The notes: a model not told the origin generated them from the sequence alone. Shown: positions 1 through 13,729, numbered from the stretch's first letter. The stretch: DNA of 64,000 nt from Octopus vulgaris (GCA_951406725.2 OX597814.1:184388001-184452000); one strand, 5' to 3'. Translations and numbers: made by a program.

Positions 1-569
1 CATCGAAGACCAACAAATCCGTCAGTGCTTACTTCAGGTTTCTGGAAGTTCAAGTAGAACTCACTTATTTCCATCGGTTACAATAAAAAGAATGTTGTAG
101 AAAAATTTCATACTATATCAAATTAGGTTTCTCCTCCGAAGGGCCAGGTCTCTGTAATAGCTCCTTTATCAACTCCTTATCATAGTTCCTTTATCAGCTC
201 TCTATTATAGTTCTTTATTAACGGATTACATTCAAATATCGCTTTACATATCTAACTTATAAATTAAGTAAAGAGGATTAGTATAGTACCATGCTGATAG
301 CATAGTCAGGATATTTAATAATTGTCCCTTAATCTTATAAATTGAAGCGCTATAAAGTCGCCTTTTCCATAAGACAATTTGATGGATGCTGCAAAAAACA
401 ACTCCGTCAATTCGCCTAAAACTATTGCGATTGATTTACATATAAAGGAAATTTTATATCATTTGTCCTCACTTTTTCATATGGTTCTCTCTTGAGTCAT
501 ATACTTAATGCGTTAAATCTATAAAGAATCTGTATGTGTGTATACATATAGATATGTGTGTGCGTGTGT

Positions 570-620
<51 letters not shown>

Positions 621-1581
621 TGTGTGTGTGTATGTGCGTGCAAGCGTGTATATATATATATATATATACATATGTGTACTCACGCGCGTGTGTATGTGTG
701 TAAGTCGTCTAAAAAATCATAAATCATGAAAAAATTCTTTCGTATATCTGTCAGATCGAAGTGTTCAGCATTATAAATACATTACGGCAGATATTACCAA
801 TTGGTTTCTTACTAGGGGTCCAACGGAGTGTTAGTTAACAGTCTGATTATGTAAACCAGCGCTCTTCAGAGATAGAAGTTATAGAATGAAATATGGTGAC
901 TGCTCTCTATTGCTGAAGATGAGGTTGCTGTGAAAAAGACGATGAAATGAACTGAGCAAGGGTTTGGCTAAGAGTTATGTCCCTTGGTTCAAAAAAACCT
1001 CATCTATGGATGTTGCAAGGCGAGAAGAATTTTCTGCCAAAAGGTTTATGGGAAATGTGTGTATTATTGATTTTGGTGCTCTTGTAGAAATGGAATGTGA
1101 TTAATGGTACTATATTTATTTATAACGTTTGCAGCGGGTATTGGAGGATCAAAGGCCGATTACACATCTGTGTGTTTTTTTTACTTTTATGTTTTGACTT
1201 AATTCTTGGGGCGTTTATTTATACATGCAGGGTATGTAGGATACAATAGCTATGAGGGTTTATATTGGGGGTGGGATGGACAATGGTCTGCTGGGTGAAT
1301 GTCAGCCCTGTTAGGCTGTGTGTATTTGTGGGTACTTTCGTGTATAATCTGTTCTCTGTTGAACTTTTAGTGCGAAACCGATCGGTAAGTTCGGCCGTAA
1401 TAGATATATAATAATGTACATTTCAATTAATATATATATATTTATAAATTGAATTAGAGATAAAACCACAGTGAAAAACTAAAGATATATATAACTATCA
1501 GAAATTATTAAAAAGTTTAATATAAGATAACAAGTAAAAACCACTACGTACGTTTCATAGCCATAACCTAATTCAAATTAC

Positions 1582-1632
<51 letters not shown>

Positions 1633-1633
<1 letters not shown>

Positions 1634-2700
1634 CGCAAGGATGTGGAACAAATAAAGTATTATTGGACGCTCAGGAAAGAAGGGAAGAAGGAGGGTTTAA
1701 CGTTTCGAGCGGAGCTCTTCGTCGGAAACATAGGAGAAGGAAAAATCCCGAGAAGGGAAGACAGAGGGAAAAAAAATCGCCTGTGGTACTCACGAGGTCA
1801 CATACTGAAAGACGGAAGTAGTAAGGTAGAGGAATAATGTTTTTTAAAAACAGGAGAGTTTATCAAAGACAGTATGGTAAAGAAAGTGAGAGGGGGAATG
1901 TGTGTGGGTGGGTGCGTGCGGGGAGGTCAGCGTGTGCGCGTGTGTGCGTGTATGTGTGCAATGATGACACGTGTGTGTATGTGTGTGTGCGTGTGTGTGT
2001 GTGTGTGCGTGTGCATATGTGTGTCGACACAACGGCTAGTAGCAGGCCAGTATGTAAGAATTAAGGAGTGGTGTTTTGGGTCCAATCACAGGTCAAAAAC
2101 AAAGAGGTATGTGTGTGTGCGTGTATGTATATGCGTAGAGTTTGGGTGTGTGGCGAGTAACTGTGCTTAACTTAGTGTATGTGTTCGTGTGTGCTTGTAC
2201 GTTCGTGTGTGTGTATATATATGTATGTATAATTGTGTGTGTGTATATATATGTATGTATAATTGTGTGCGTGTATGTATGTGTGTGCGTGTATGTATAG
2301 TGTGCCGTGTGTATGGGATGTATGTGTGGGTTCACTTGTGTGTGTGTGTATGTGCGTGTAGTTGTGTGTGCGTGTATGTGTGCGTTTGTATGTGCGTGTG
2401 TGTAAGCGTATATGGATGTATATGCGTGTATCCGTGGGGTTGTGAGTTGAGCGTGTGTGCGTGCGTATGTGTGCGCATGTTTTTGTGTGCGTATGTATGT
2501 GTGTGTCTGTGCTTATATGTGTGTACGTATGTGTATGTGTGCGTGCGCGTGTAGGTATATATTGTGTGTATGTATATGTGTAGGTGTGTATGTGAATTTG
2601 TGTAGATTATTTTGCACATTACTTAATCATCGTTATATGTTTTATCTTATTTTTAATCTTTCTATAATATGTAATTTTCTAGATGGTATAATTTAATTTT
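1633..2700 (-). mobile_element. Penelope-like (PLE) non-autonomous remnant with hammerhead and degenerate CA-rich body
   Basis: 1633-1785 is the reverse complement of the repeat at 55085-55235. Contains a hammerhead motif and is bounded by (TA)n runs. Confidence 0.6.
1695..1729 (-). ncRNA. Minimal type-I hammerhead ribozyme (variant core)
   Basis: Minus strand reads gttt-CCGACGA-a-gagc(tcc)gctc-GAAA-cgtt-aaac. Stem I is gttt/aaac, stem II is gagc/gctc, stem III is the palindrome aacgtt. Confidence 0.7.
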
Positions 2701-2755
2701 TCATTATTGAATAGATAAAATGGGTTTTTTTCTCTCATTTATATATATATATATA

Positions 2756-2794
<39 letters not shown>

Positions 2795-2864
2795 TTTGTG
2801 AAATTTGATTTAGTATTTCTAAATTGAATTTATCCCTGTAAGTTTCGAATAATATTCCCTCGTA

Positions 2865-2947
<83 letters not shown>

Positions 2948-3785
2948 TATGTGTGTGTGTGTGTGTGCGTGTGCATATGTGTGTCGACTAAAACCCTTCA
3001 AAGCGGAGCTCCGCTCAAATGACTGAAAAACTTAAATGAATAAACGAATATAAAAGAATGTGTGTGTCTGTGTGTGTGCGCATATACAAAGCAGAAAATT
3101 CAGTATTTAATAAAACGAATCATAAATGTATGCCAACTCGCTGCCTTACTCTGTACAATGTAATGAGCAATCTGTTCATACTTTTGTTTACAACCTGAAC
3201 TATTTGGATGTATGCACACAGACACGCACATATACAGGCGAACAGATTCATATTTGTAATATTACCAGCTCAAAGCAAGATTAAAATGTTATATAAAGAC
3301 GTTGTTATCATTGCTAATTAGATTAACCGCCCTTTTCTTAGAGGAAAAGAACAAGAGAAAGAGTAGCATCGTAAGTAGATTAATTTTCTTTTGGTACTAC
3401 TGGCATTATACATTATCTACATTTGTTTTCATATACTCAAGAAATGGTAACGTATGCAGCATTTCATTAGGCACCGCAGTCTTCCTCACAGCACTAAATA
3501 TTTTAATAATGTTTTGCTACTTCACAAGCATAAAGTATTACATCTTGAACTCATTTTCCTTTAGATGTTAATATACCAGCAGTCAAACTCAGATTCTTAT
3601 TACAAAAATGTCTTTCAAAACAGCGCTCTCTGTATTCGCAGAGCCAACAAGTATACATTTGATACCATGTAATATTCACTGACTTTCATAAAAGCAAGGA
3701 TCTGACCGCAGCAGGTAAATCACTACTAATAAAAACCATAATTCACGTATATAACTCTCAAAACTTTAAACTTGAAATATATTCA

Positions 3786-3864
<79 letters not shown>

Positions 3865-3997
3865 TGTGTGTGTGTGTGCGTATATATACCGCGTTTTTTA
3901 ACAAGGCACGTCCATAATAGATCATTTTTCAAAAACTATACCACCATGAATTTCTCTTCACGTTTGATTTATGCTTTGTATATTATATAGATACACA

Positions 3998-4430
3998 CGC
4001 GTAGGAGTGGCTGTGTGGTAAGTAGCTTGCTTACCAGCCACATGGTTCCGGGTTCAGTCCCACTGTGTGGGACCTTGGGAAAGTGTCTTCTACTATAGCC
4101 ACGGGTTGACCAAAGCCTTGTGAGTGGATTTGGACGGAAACTATATATGTATATATATATATATATGTATATATATGTGTGTGTGTGTGTGTGTATGTGT
4201 GTGTGTGTGTGTGTATACGTTTGTGTGTCTGTGTTTGTCCCCCCTCCCCAACATTACTTGGCAACCGATGCTGATGTGTTTACGTCCCTGTAACTTTGCG
4301 GTTCGGCAAAAGATACCGATAAAATAAGTATTACGCTTACAAAGAATAAGTCCTGGGGTGGATTTGCTTGACTAAAGGTGGTGCTCCAGCATGGCCACAG
4401 TCAAATGACTGAAAAGAGTAACAGAGTAAA
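3998..4430 (+). mobile_element. tRNA-derived SINE family A (internal TA/TG microsatellite)
   Basis: A-box-like tggctgtgtgg, B-box-like ggttcagtccc, CORE-like ccttggg.aagtg, internal microsatellite, tail ending in gtaaaaga-type repeats. More than 20 homologous copies or fragments in the window. Confidence 0.9.
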
Positions 4431-4812
4431 AGGGATATAGATCGTTGAATATATGAACGTATATATATATATATATATATATATATCAAATGAAAGAGAG
4501 GGAACGAGATGGAGAAAGAAAGAAAAAAGAGAGAGAGAGAGAGAGAGAGAGAATAGGTGATAAATATCATTCAAAACACAAATTACTCAATACAATTCAC
4601 AATATGTGTTTTAATCTAGGAATAATACTTTTTTTATTTTGGTATTAGGTATACGTGTGAACCAACCGTTTTATTATGCTTCTGGCTCCACCAGTATGAC
4701 ATGAAGTTTAACAGGAAAGAAATATTCACATACATTGATGTGTGTGTGTGTGTATATAGATATATGTGTGTTTATGTGTGGGGATAGAGGGAAAGAGAAA
4801 TAAATCTATCTA

Positions 4813-4846
<34 letters not shown>

Positions 4847-4847
<1 letters not shown>

Positions 4848-5277
4848 TAGCAGCATAGCCCGGCATTGCCCGGGTATGTAAGAGCCCCTAGTAGGCAACG
4901 ACTAATCCCAATCTAGTCCTTTCCCTCTTGGGAACGAAGGCGCATGTGCAGGTTGCAATATCTTCTCTTCACTCGAATACTTCTGTGTATACGATGTTCC
5001 TAGCTGTCCCTTTGGGCGATAAAAAGGGCGAGTTGTGTCCCCTAGACAGAAAATGTGTTGCATATAAAAAGCTTAGATTCTCGACCCCATGTCGAATTTA
5101 TCGAACTTTTTCAGAACTGGGGGAACTTTTCAAAGTTTTCGCTGCGTTAGTTTTGAATTATGACATTGGGCTATGTGTGTGTCAAGTTTCATCAGAATCG
5201 GTTGAAAGCCGAGGTCAGGGTGAGGGTACAACCTGACAGACACACAGACACACAGACACACAGACAGACAAACTGCC

Positions 5278-5285
<8 letters not shown>
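4847..5285 (-). mobile_element. Non-autonomous Helitron
   Basis: Minus strand ends in hairpin cccgggcaatgccggg about 8 nt before terminal CTAG followed by T. Has a gtctgt microsatellite near the 5' end. Second copy at 56199-56648. Confidence 0.8.
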
Positions 5286-5345
<60 letters not shown>

Positions 5346-5454
5346 ATATATAAAGTTATATATATATATATTTATATATATATGTATATATTTAGATAGA
5401 TGGATAGATATATAGACAGATAGATAGATAGCTATATACATACTCTTCTATTCT

Positions 5455-5684
5455 TTTCTTTTATTCTTTTACTTGTTTCAGTCATTTGACTGCGGCCATG
5501 CTGGAGCACCTCTTTAGTCGTACAAATCGACACAGTACTTATTCTTTATAAACGTAGTAATCATTCTATCGGCCTCTTTTGCCAAACCACTATGTTACGG
5601 GGACATAAGCACGCCAACATTAATGGGGCGACAAACACAGACACACAAATACATATACACATAATACATACGTATACGTATATA

Positions 5685-5733
<49 letters not shown>

Positions 5734-5744
5734 AGAAGCCTGTC

Positions 5745-5793
<49 letters not shown>

Positions 5794-5952
5794 TATATGA
5801 CAGGATTCTTTCAGTTTCCATCTACCAATTCCACTCACAAAGCTTTGGTCAGCCCGAGCCTATAGTAGAAGACACTTGCCGAAGACGCCACAAAGTGGGA
5901 CTGAACCAGGAACCAGGTGCTTTGGAAGCTAGCTTCTTACCACACAACCACT
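5455..5952 (-). mobile_element. SINE family A (diverged)
   Basis: Reverse complement of family A head, core and tail. Confidence 0.85.
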
Positions 5953-6226
5953 ACAAAGGGTAACAGAATCAACATCAATACTGTCTACGATAAACGGATA
6001 AATAGATAAATAATATAGGGAAACACAAATTCTTCACAAATTCGTGAGAAGTCTGGAGCTGAGGTCAGCAATATTATGTTAGTTTTGATATTCTATCTCT
6101 AAATGGAAGAGAACTATCGATTCCACTTGCATATGGTTTCCATGGCTACAAGATTAACTGAGTTGCGAGGCTTGTTATATAATTCGTGCACTTGTATCCA
6201 GCGAGGTCACTTATGACGTGTCTCTC

Positions 6227-6404
<178 letters not shown>

Positions 6405-6743
6405 TACATACAGTCATACATGATATACGCTGTATATATATATATCAACCTATTCATTTCGACTCCAGCTTTCTTGCTTTGCTTTATGTGTTTATAATCT
6501 GGGGTTAATAAATTCGATAAAGATAATGGTAGTTATGAGTTCCGATATCAATAATAATGATGATGATGATAATAAGTGTTCGACATGATAAAATAACTAT
6601 AATGACCGTCAAACATGGCAAACATGGAGCTTAGAAAACGTGTGGTATGTAAAAATCTGATACACAAAGACTAAGGGATAACTGTCTCTACTACTGTGCG
6701 TGATGAAATTTGAACATCTAATTCAATTTTTAATTTCCGTTGG

Positions 6744-6779
<36 letters not shown>

Positions 6780-6782
<3 letters not shown>

Positions 6783-7320
6783 CCCCTTCTTTCTCTCTTC
6801 ATCTGTCCCTTTCTCCTCTCTCTTGTGCTCACGTGACCAGCCAGCGACTACTGCCTTTTCGAATCCAGCAGTCATTGTGGCAACACATATTTGTTTGTTC
6901 TCCGTGGCCTTAAGGCACTCTTCCGTAGCCAGCCCAAAACTTTACTCGTCCTGTCGAAAAGACGCTTGTCCTGACGTCCTGGTTTTGTTATTATTGTTTT
7001 TACGTATTTTGTATTCTTATTCGTGCTATCATTATTGTTTTTACGTATTTTTGTACTTTTATTCGTGTAACATCGTCCGTTTTCCGTCCCTGTGTTGTAT
7101 ACATTCGAGGCTTTCTTCCAAGGAATCTAATGCGCTTGGCTTAGATTTCCCCTGGGGGCTGCCCAGATCGGAGCAATCTCAAGATTAATCAGCCGAAATT
7201 GCGAAGATGATCCTGTTCTTGACTGATGATTGAGGGCTTCGAATGTCCCGTCCGTGTTTTTTGTGTCTTCTAAATGTTTCACGTTCTTGTCCCAGTTTGT
7301 ATATTTTTTTACTTTTACAT
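6780..7320 (+). mobile_element. TA-flanked pyrimidine-rich repeat, probable PLE-related remnant
   Basis: 7085-7310 is homologous to the reverse complements of 31915-32130 and 39410-39600 and to 48005-48127. Inserted between (TA)n runs. Confidence 0.6.
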
Positions 7321-7663
7321 ATATATATATATATATATATATATCAAGAACGATATAAACTGTTGTCATGACGAATGTGCTTATGTAAATGAAAAGTATT
7401 CGGAACATGCTGTGCCAGATGAACACACAAAGGAAGAAACTATTTTCAAACTCTTAGTTATACCATGCTCATAAATATCTCCCTCCATGTCCCTCGCACA
7501 CTCAACCTCCCTAGCCATCGGGAAAAAAAACCCCAGCTGATTCCCGTACAGATTCACGTCAGTTGTACAAGACAAAAACAGTGCTTCCGAAATATGTAAG
7601 ACATCACGTATCACCAACCTCTTGGGGTTATTCACGTTTCATTAAAGAAACTTATAAAATGAC

Positions 7664-8064
7664 CGGCGCAAGAGTGGCTGTGTGGTAAGTAGCTTGCTTA
7701 CCAACCACATGGTTCCGGGTTCAGTTCCACTGCGTGGCACCTTGGGCATGTGTCTTCTACTATAGCCTCGGGCCGACCACTTGTGAGTGGATTTGGTAGA
7801 CGGAAACTGAAAGAAGCCCTTCGTATATATGTATATATATATATATGCGTGTGTGTGTTTGTGTGTCTGTGTTTGTCCCCCTAGAATTGCTTGACAACCG
7901 ATGCTGGTGTGTTTATGTCCCCGTTACCTAGCGGTTCGGCAAAAGAGACCGATAGAATAAGTACTGGGCTTACAAAAGAATGAGTCCCGGGGTCGAGTTT
8001 GCTCGATTAAAAAAGGCGGTGCTCCAGCATAGCCGCAGTCAAATGACTGAAACAAGTAAAAGAG
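7664..8064 (+). mobile_element. SINE family A, full length
   Basis: Complete head-core-microsatellite-tail arrangement. Confidence 0.9.
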
Positions 8065-8397
8065 ACAAAGGACGTACGTGTTTATCTGACAGTTTGAGAG
8101 CTCTAACGCTTTCATAATAATTCGAGCCTGACCTTTTGGTGTCTTTGTTATATGGGTCAATTCTTACTTTGAAATATCCTCCATCGTGACTCGCCTCGAC
8201 GGGATTGTTTTCAATGTAGAGTTCCTCAAGAACTTAACCATAACGTTTTACTCAGATTTTGTTTCTAATTCCATATTGCTCTAACTATACAGAACTCCCC
8301 TGTCATAAATGGCCCTTTTTACTTTAACTTTTAATCAGCCGTACTGCTACGCTGGTGATAACTTTTGCCCTTATTTAAACTTCTGCATATACACATC

Positions 8398-8620
8398 TCT
8401 CTTACTCTTTACTCTTTTACTTGCTTCAGTCATTTGACTTGCGGCCATGCTGGAGCACCGCCTATAGTCGAGCAAATCGACCCCGGGACTTATTCTTTTG
8501 TAAGCCCAGTACTTATTCTATCGGTCTCTTTTGCCGAACCGCTAAGTTACGGCGACGTAAACACACCAGCATCGGTTGTCAAGCAATGCTAGAGGGACAA
8601 ACACAGACACACAAACATAT

Positions 8621-8683
<63 letters not shown>

Positions 8684-8848
8684 TACGACAGGCTTCTTTC
8701 AGTTTCCGTCTACCAAATCCACTCACAAGGCTTTGGTCGGCCCGAGGCTATAGCAGAAGACACTTGCCCAAGACGCCACGCAGTGGGACTGAACCCGGAA
8801 CCATGTGGCTGGTTAGCAAGCTACTTACCACGCAGCCACTCCTGCGCC
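8398..8848 (-). mobile_element. SINE family A, full length
   Basis: Reverse complement, near-identical to the copies at 20645 and 34720. Confidence 0.92.
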
Positions 8849-8949
8849 TGTAACACACAACTATGATATTTCGGGCTGAGTAATCGAAAGAGGTTGTCCA
8901 ATAAGGATATCCATCTATTTTCTCTGCCTAATATTCCTGAGAGAACCAT

Positions 8950-9180
8950 GTAGTTAGACTCGTCAGGAACCTCTGCTATGTGGTCCACTCGGAAGCAATC
9001 GTCATTTGAATTTCTGGTTGGACTGCCAAGTGTGACCAGCTGAGGATATAGATATAATCAACCATCTCCCTCATTCTCTACTCATATGTCTCCTGCCGGC
9101 TTCCTCGGCTTCAAGAATCTGTCTTATGATATTTTCTTGTGACATCATAATCACATGTCCTTAATACCGGAGCTATGACC
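8950..9180 (-). mobile_element. Degenerate RTE-type LINE 3' fragment
   Basis: Minus translation LRY*GHVIMMSQENIIRQILEAEEAGRR...GRW resembles the RTE C-terminal LRWxGHVxR...GxRxRGRPxxRW motif. Confidence 0.5.
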
Positions 9181-11095
9181 TCTCAATGCAGATATGAGAA
9201 GTTAGTTTTTTCCTTTATCTAAATAAAAATATCATTATACATATAAAAGGAGCTAGTAGCATAAGCCCTGTAATGCACATAAGCAAAACAACTAAAAATC
9301 TTCAAACTTCTTACGAAAATCGTTTATAGCTCCGAAATATCAATAACATTCTCAGAATTCAGACTAACGCTTCAGAACCAGAAAATAATTGACTCCTGAT
9401 AATTTTCCGGCCATATAAAAATCATAACTGCCATTCTTGTCAAAGGAAATCCTGATCTATATAAGCTAGAGTACATAACAATCGATATATTAGCAAATAT
9501 CTACAATGAAACACAACACACTATAACAACTAACACACAGACATTGTTTCTACTCTAATCTAACGAAACTAAAATGTATTTTGTCTCTCTGAATATGAGA
9601 CGTATCAACTTTATAAAATCTAATCCGATACATCTACCAACTCCTCTTTATTTTATTCACACGTTCAACCTTACTTTATCCTACATAACACCACCACCAC
9701 CACCGTATGAAAATTCCTTTATATATATTTCCATGGATTAAGGCAATTCTGCGTGGTAGACAAACATGCCAGATATAACCTCTAATATTACAATTTACAA
9801 TCTTAAAAAATAAACAGAGACTGCAAGGTAATAACAATGGCAACAACAAACAAAATTTGATCTCGTGCTACATTAACAAAATACCTGCGAAGGTCATGGA
9901 AGGAAATGCTTTGCGACAATATATTTCCATGTTTCTGGTAAATGTAAGTCTCATGGTTGTTTTCCAACGCGTCACTCCCAAAGAGTCTTCAATTACTAGC
10001 TGAGAGACAGTCTCTTCACACATGGGTTATACTAAATTGGCCTCAGGTTTTCTGAAGTATCCTGCTAAATACTATTACTTCAATATATTTCATATTTCGA
10101 TCATGCTCCTCTTTCCTTTTTGTTACCTTTATTGTATCTAACATTCCAGAAACTGCAGTAAATACATCACATACAACTTCCATCCCAAGAATGCAATCCT
10201 GTTGAATTTTCTTTCAGAGTATGTTTCGCTTCATATGTTGACTGAGAGAATTTTATTCTGAACATCAAATGCATCAATTTTCCAAAATATGTAGGGTCTG
10301 ATACTACTATTGGCAACCATCCCTCACTTCATATTCTGTATAATCCATACAAGAATCCCTGTACTATTTTGAAAAGTCTTATATTATTTTTACCACAGGA
10401 ATATTAATATCTATATTAAGCCTTCAGTTATTAGCTTTTCTTTATTTGCATTTTTGCATCTGATAGATTATAGAGCAATAATAACTCTCAAAGTGCAGAC
10501 CTATTTAAATTAATATACATATATACATACACCCAAATACATAATCAGACACATACTTATAAAAATAGATACATACGTGCGTGTGTGTGTGTGTGTGTGC
10601 GTAGGGGAAATGCATTTATAAAACGCTTTCTGTTGTTATTTTGCGTTTTCGACAGGAAGAAGGCAACTTTATACATGACCTTCGTAGACACTTCACGAAA
10701 AGTAAAAGATAGAAGCGGTTAGTTCTCTTCAACATCTGGAAGTCGATGTCTGCAGGAAAAAAGCCAGTGGGCGGCAATAAAAACATCCGCAGACAAAACA
10801 CTTAAATCTTGTAGACAGGTGATTCTAACGAGAAATAAACATAATGATGTTCTCATGAATGTCAACTAAAATGAAAACACCATTAACTTAATACACCTTA
10901 AAATCATTTTATCCATAATTTTACTCCAGCGGTAATAAACCTAGAAACTATAATAATCTAGATTAAACACAGATATACCATGAAAGAATATGAAGAAGCC
11001 TCTACAGAAAAAAAAAGAGAATTATTGTTAAAAATTTATGCTAAAAGGAAGGCTCAATATGAAAAGTAGAGATTTTCATACCTACCTACATCTGA

Positions 11096-11425
11096 GACCC
11101 CCCCCCCTTCGGTCACGACACAGACCATGGGATTGCATCTAGAAAGTTACCCTCCCAGGTACAAGTCCGGGCAAGGTTGTTTATGGAAGACCAGCAGTCG
11201 CCCATGCATACTGGCCTCCCCTCTCCACGTCACCAGTGTTATCGAAGTAAGGCAAGGGCCGATACAGCTTGGCACCTGTGACGTCGCAACTCATTTCTAC
11301 GGCTGAGTGAACTGGGGCAACGTGAAATAAAGTGTCTTGCTCAAGAACACAGCACGCAGCCCGGTCGGGATTCGAGCTCACAACTTCACGATCGTAAGCT
11401 CGACGCTCTAACCACTGAGCCATGC
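11096..11425 (-). mobile_element. tRNA-derived SINE family C
   Basis: Head tggctcagtggttagagcg...ttACGat...gctcgaatccc, CORE-like tgttcttgagcaagacactt, tail aatcccatggtc...gtcgtgaccgaagggg. Confidence 0.85.
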
Positions 11426-12002
11426 ATACCTACCTACCAACATACATACATGCATGCATGCATACATACATACATACATACATACATACATACATAGGGA
11501 AAAGAGAACATTTACGGCAAATTAATGCAGAACTTTTACTCTGACTATGAATTCTCCTATGTAACCATCATCATAGGTGCATTAGTTTATGTACCAACGC
11601 ATTTTACAGATTTCAGATAGTGGTTTTGGTATTGCTGGGGTACTGCCTTTAGAATGATTGCTTTCTTTTTATTTCACATACACCTCCCGGCTTTCTCCCT
11701 GGAATTGTTTCTGGCGAAGTAGCAAACTGGACAGAGGGACACGTCTTTGTGTTTTCTGCTACGTTGTAGTTTCATCTGATACTTCATAGAAAAAATTTTC
11801 TAAGTATTCATTGAAAACACCCACATAACCACTTCGCAGGTTTTAGAAGCTGTTTCGCAAAGTGTTGAATAGTTGTGGGCCCTAGAAAACTAAACTGTTA
11901 GAGTATTTGGTTATAATGAATCGCAGGCTCAGAATCAATTTTCCGAACTTATGATCTTCAGTTCAACACCTTAAACTCTAGGCCACATCCTCTCAAACAT
12001 AT

Positions 12003-12063
<61 letters not shown>

Positions 12064-12357
12064 TGTACACATATACATATATGTACGCATACATGAATGC
12101 GTCTACATGTTTGTGAGTTTGAGAATGTATGCGCAATTATAACACAATTTTGGCATTAGTCATCATTATACTTTAACGAAGTTCCAGAAAGTCGGTTATT
12201 CAATTTAGTATTAATCTTCTTTTGGTATTTTTCATATTTGCTATTTATTATTGCTCGTTAACTCTCGACGTTTCTTTTCTATCTATAGTTACAGAGGTAA
12301 CTGAAAACTCGGTTAGGTTTTAGTTTCCTTTGGGATATGAAATATATATATATATAT

Positions 12358-12490
12358 AAAGTCAAGGTAGAAAATGCTAAAATAATTTTATAAAAAACAA
12401 GTTCTGGTTTCAGTCATTGAGACTTCTTCAACTGTAAGTATGGAAAACAATTAAATTTTGGAAAAATTAAAGGAAAAGCTTTTTAAAAGC
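12358..12490 (-). mobile_element. PLE-like fragment with degenerate hammerhead
   Basis: Minus strand 12397-12435 reads acag-TTGAAGA-agtc(tcaat)gact-GAAAccagaa-cttgt. Abuts (TA)n. Confidence 0.45.
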
Positions 12491-12588
12491 TATATATTAT
12501 TGCTCGTTAGCTCTCGACGTTTCTTTTCTTTCTATAGTTACAGGAGCAACTGAAAATTCACTTAGATTTTAGTTTCCTTTAGGATATG

Positions 12589-12649
<61 letters not shown>

Positions 12650-13030
12650 AAAAAGTAAAAAGTGAAAAAACCACAGAAGGCTTGTTTTAAAAGGTTAAAA
12701 AATATATATTTGTGTCAATATGTCTGAAGAATGTTATAAATTTTTTTCATACAATGACATAATTTAGAAGAAATGACCGGTTTTACGTTCAGCTTTTCAA
12801 ATTTCTTAAATCGTTATGTTTACGTTGAGCGGAGATCTAGATAATAAGTGATTTCTTCCGGTGTAAGGGAGATAATCGGCGTGTTGTCCAGGATGAGGAA
12901 TTTGTACGCCATGTAAACCGGGAAACCGGTCCTTACGAGTCAGCATGTCTCAAGAAGATAACCTTTTTTTTTATTACATTATTGAAAATATATTCTATTT
13001 CATGTACTGTGAACTCATTTTCCATCTGTT

Positions 13031-13114
<84 letters not shown>

Positions 13115-13623
13115 ACCACATACAAAAGTATAAATATCTGGTCGAAAGTTTCAGCCCTTGAGTCGCTTTTATTTTTTACTTCCTACCGATTAAGAAATAT
13201 TGGATTTTGCTTTTGGATCAAAGCCAGAGTTTCGGAGAGAAGGGGCTAAGTCGGTTACGTCAAGCCTACTGCTAAGCCGATACTTATTTTCTTGACAGCG
13301 AAAGCATGAAGGGCAAAGTCGACCTCGGCGAAATTTGAACTGCCAATGTCGATAAAAAAACATTAAACATATACAGGTTCCCGCGTGCTCTAACAAAATT
13401 GTGTGAGTTGTGTGCGTGTGTGTGCGTATGTGAGAGAGAGAGAGAGTGTGTGTGTGTGTTTGTGTGTACACGCATGTTTGAGTGTGTTTTCCTTTTTTTT
13501 TTTTATCTTGGAGTCTGTCTGCGAAGCATGTATGATCACTGAGCTAGGAAACTAATCAGAAGCCTATTTCCAATTAGGCCTGATAGCATCTTGCCAAATT
13601 GGCCACAATCCAGTATTTTCATT

Positions 13624-13667
<44 letters not shown>

Positions 13668-13682
13668 TATTATTAATATTTA

Positions 13683-13729
<47 letters not shown>

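Noticed and set aside
11350-11425. tRNA gene (also the heads at 51345 and 63008)
   Set aside because: A/B boxes run into SINE bodies or microsatellite and no proper acceptor stem forms.
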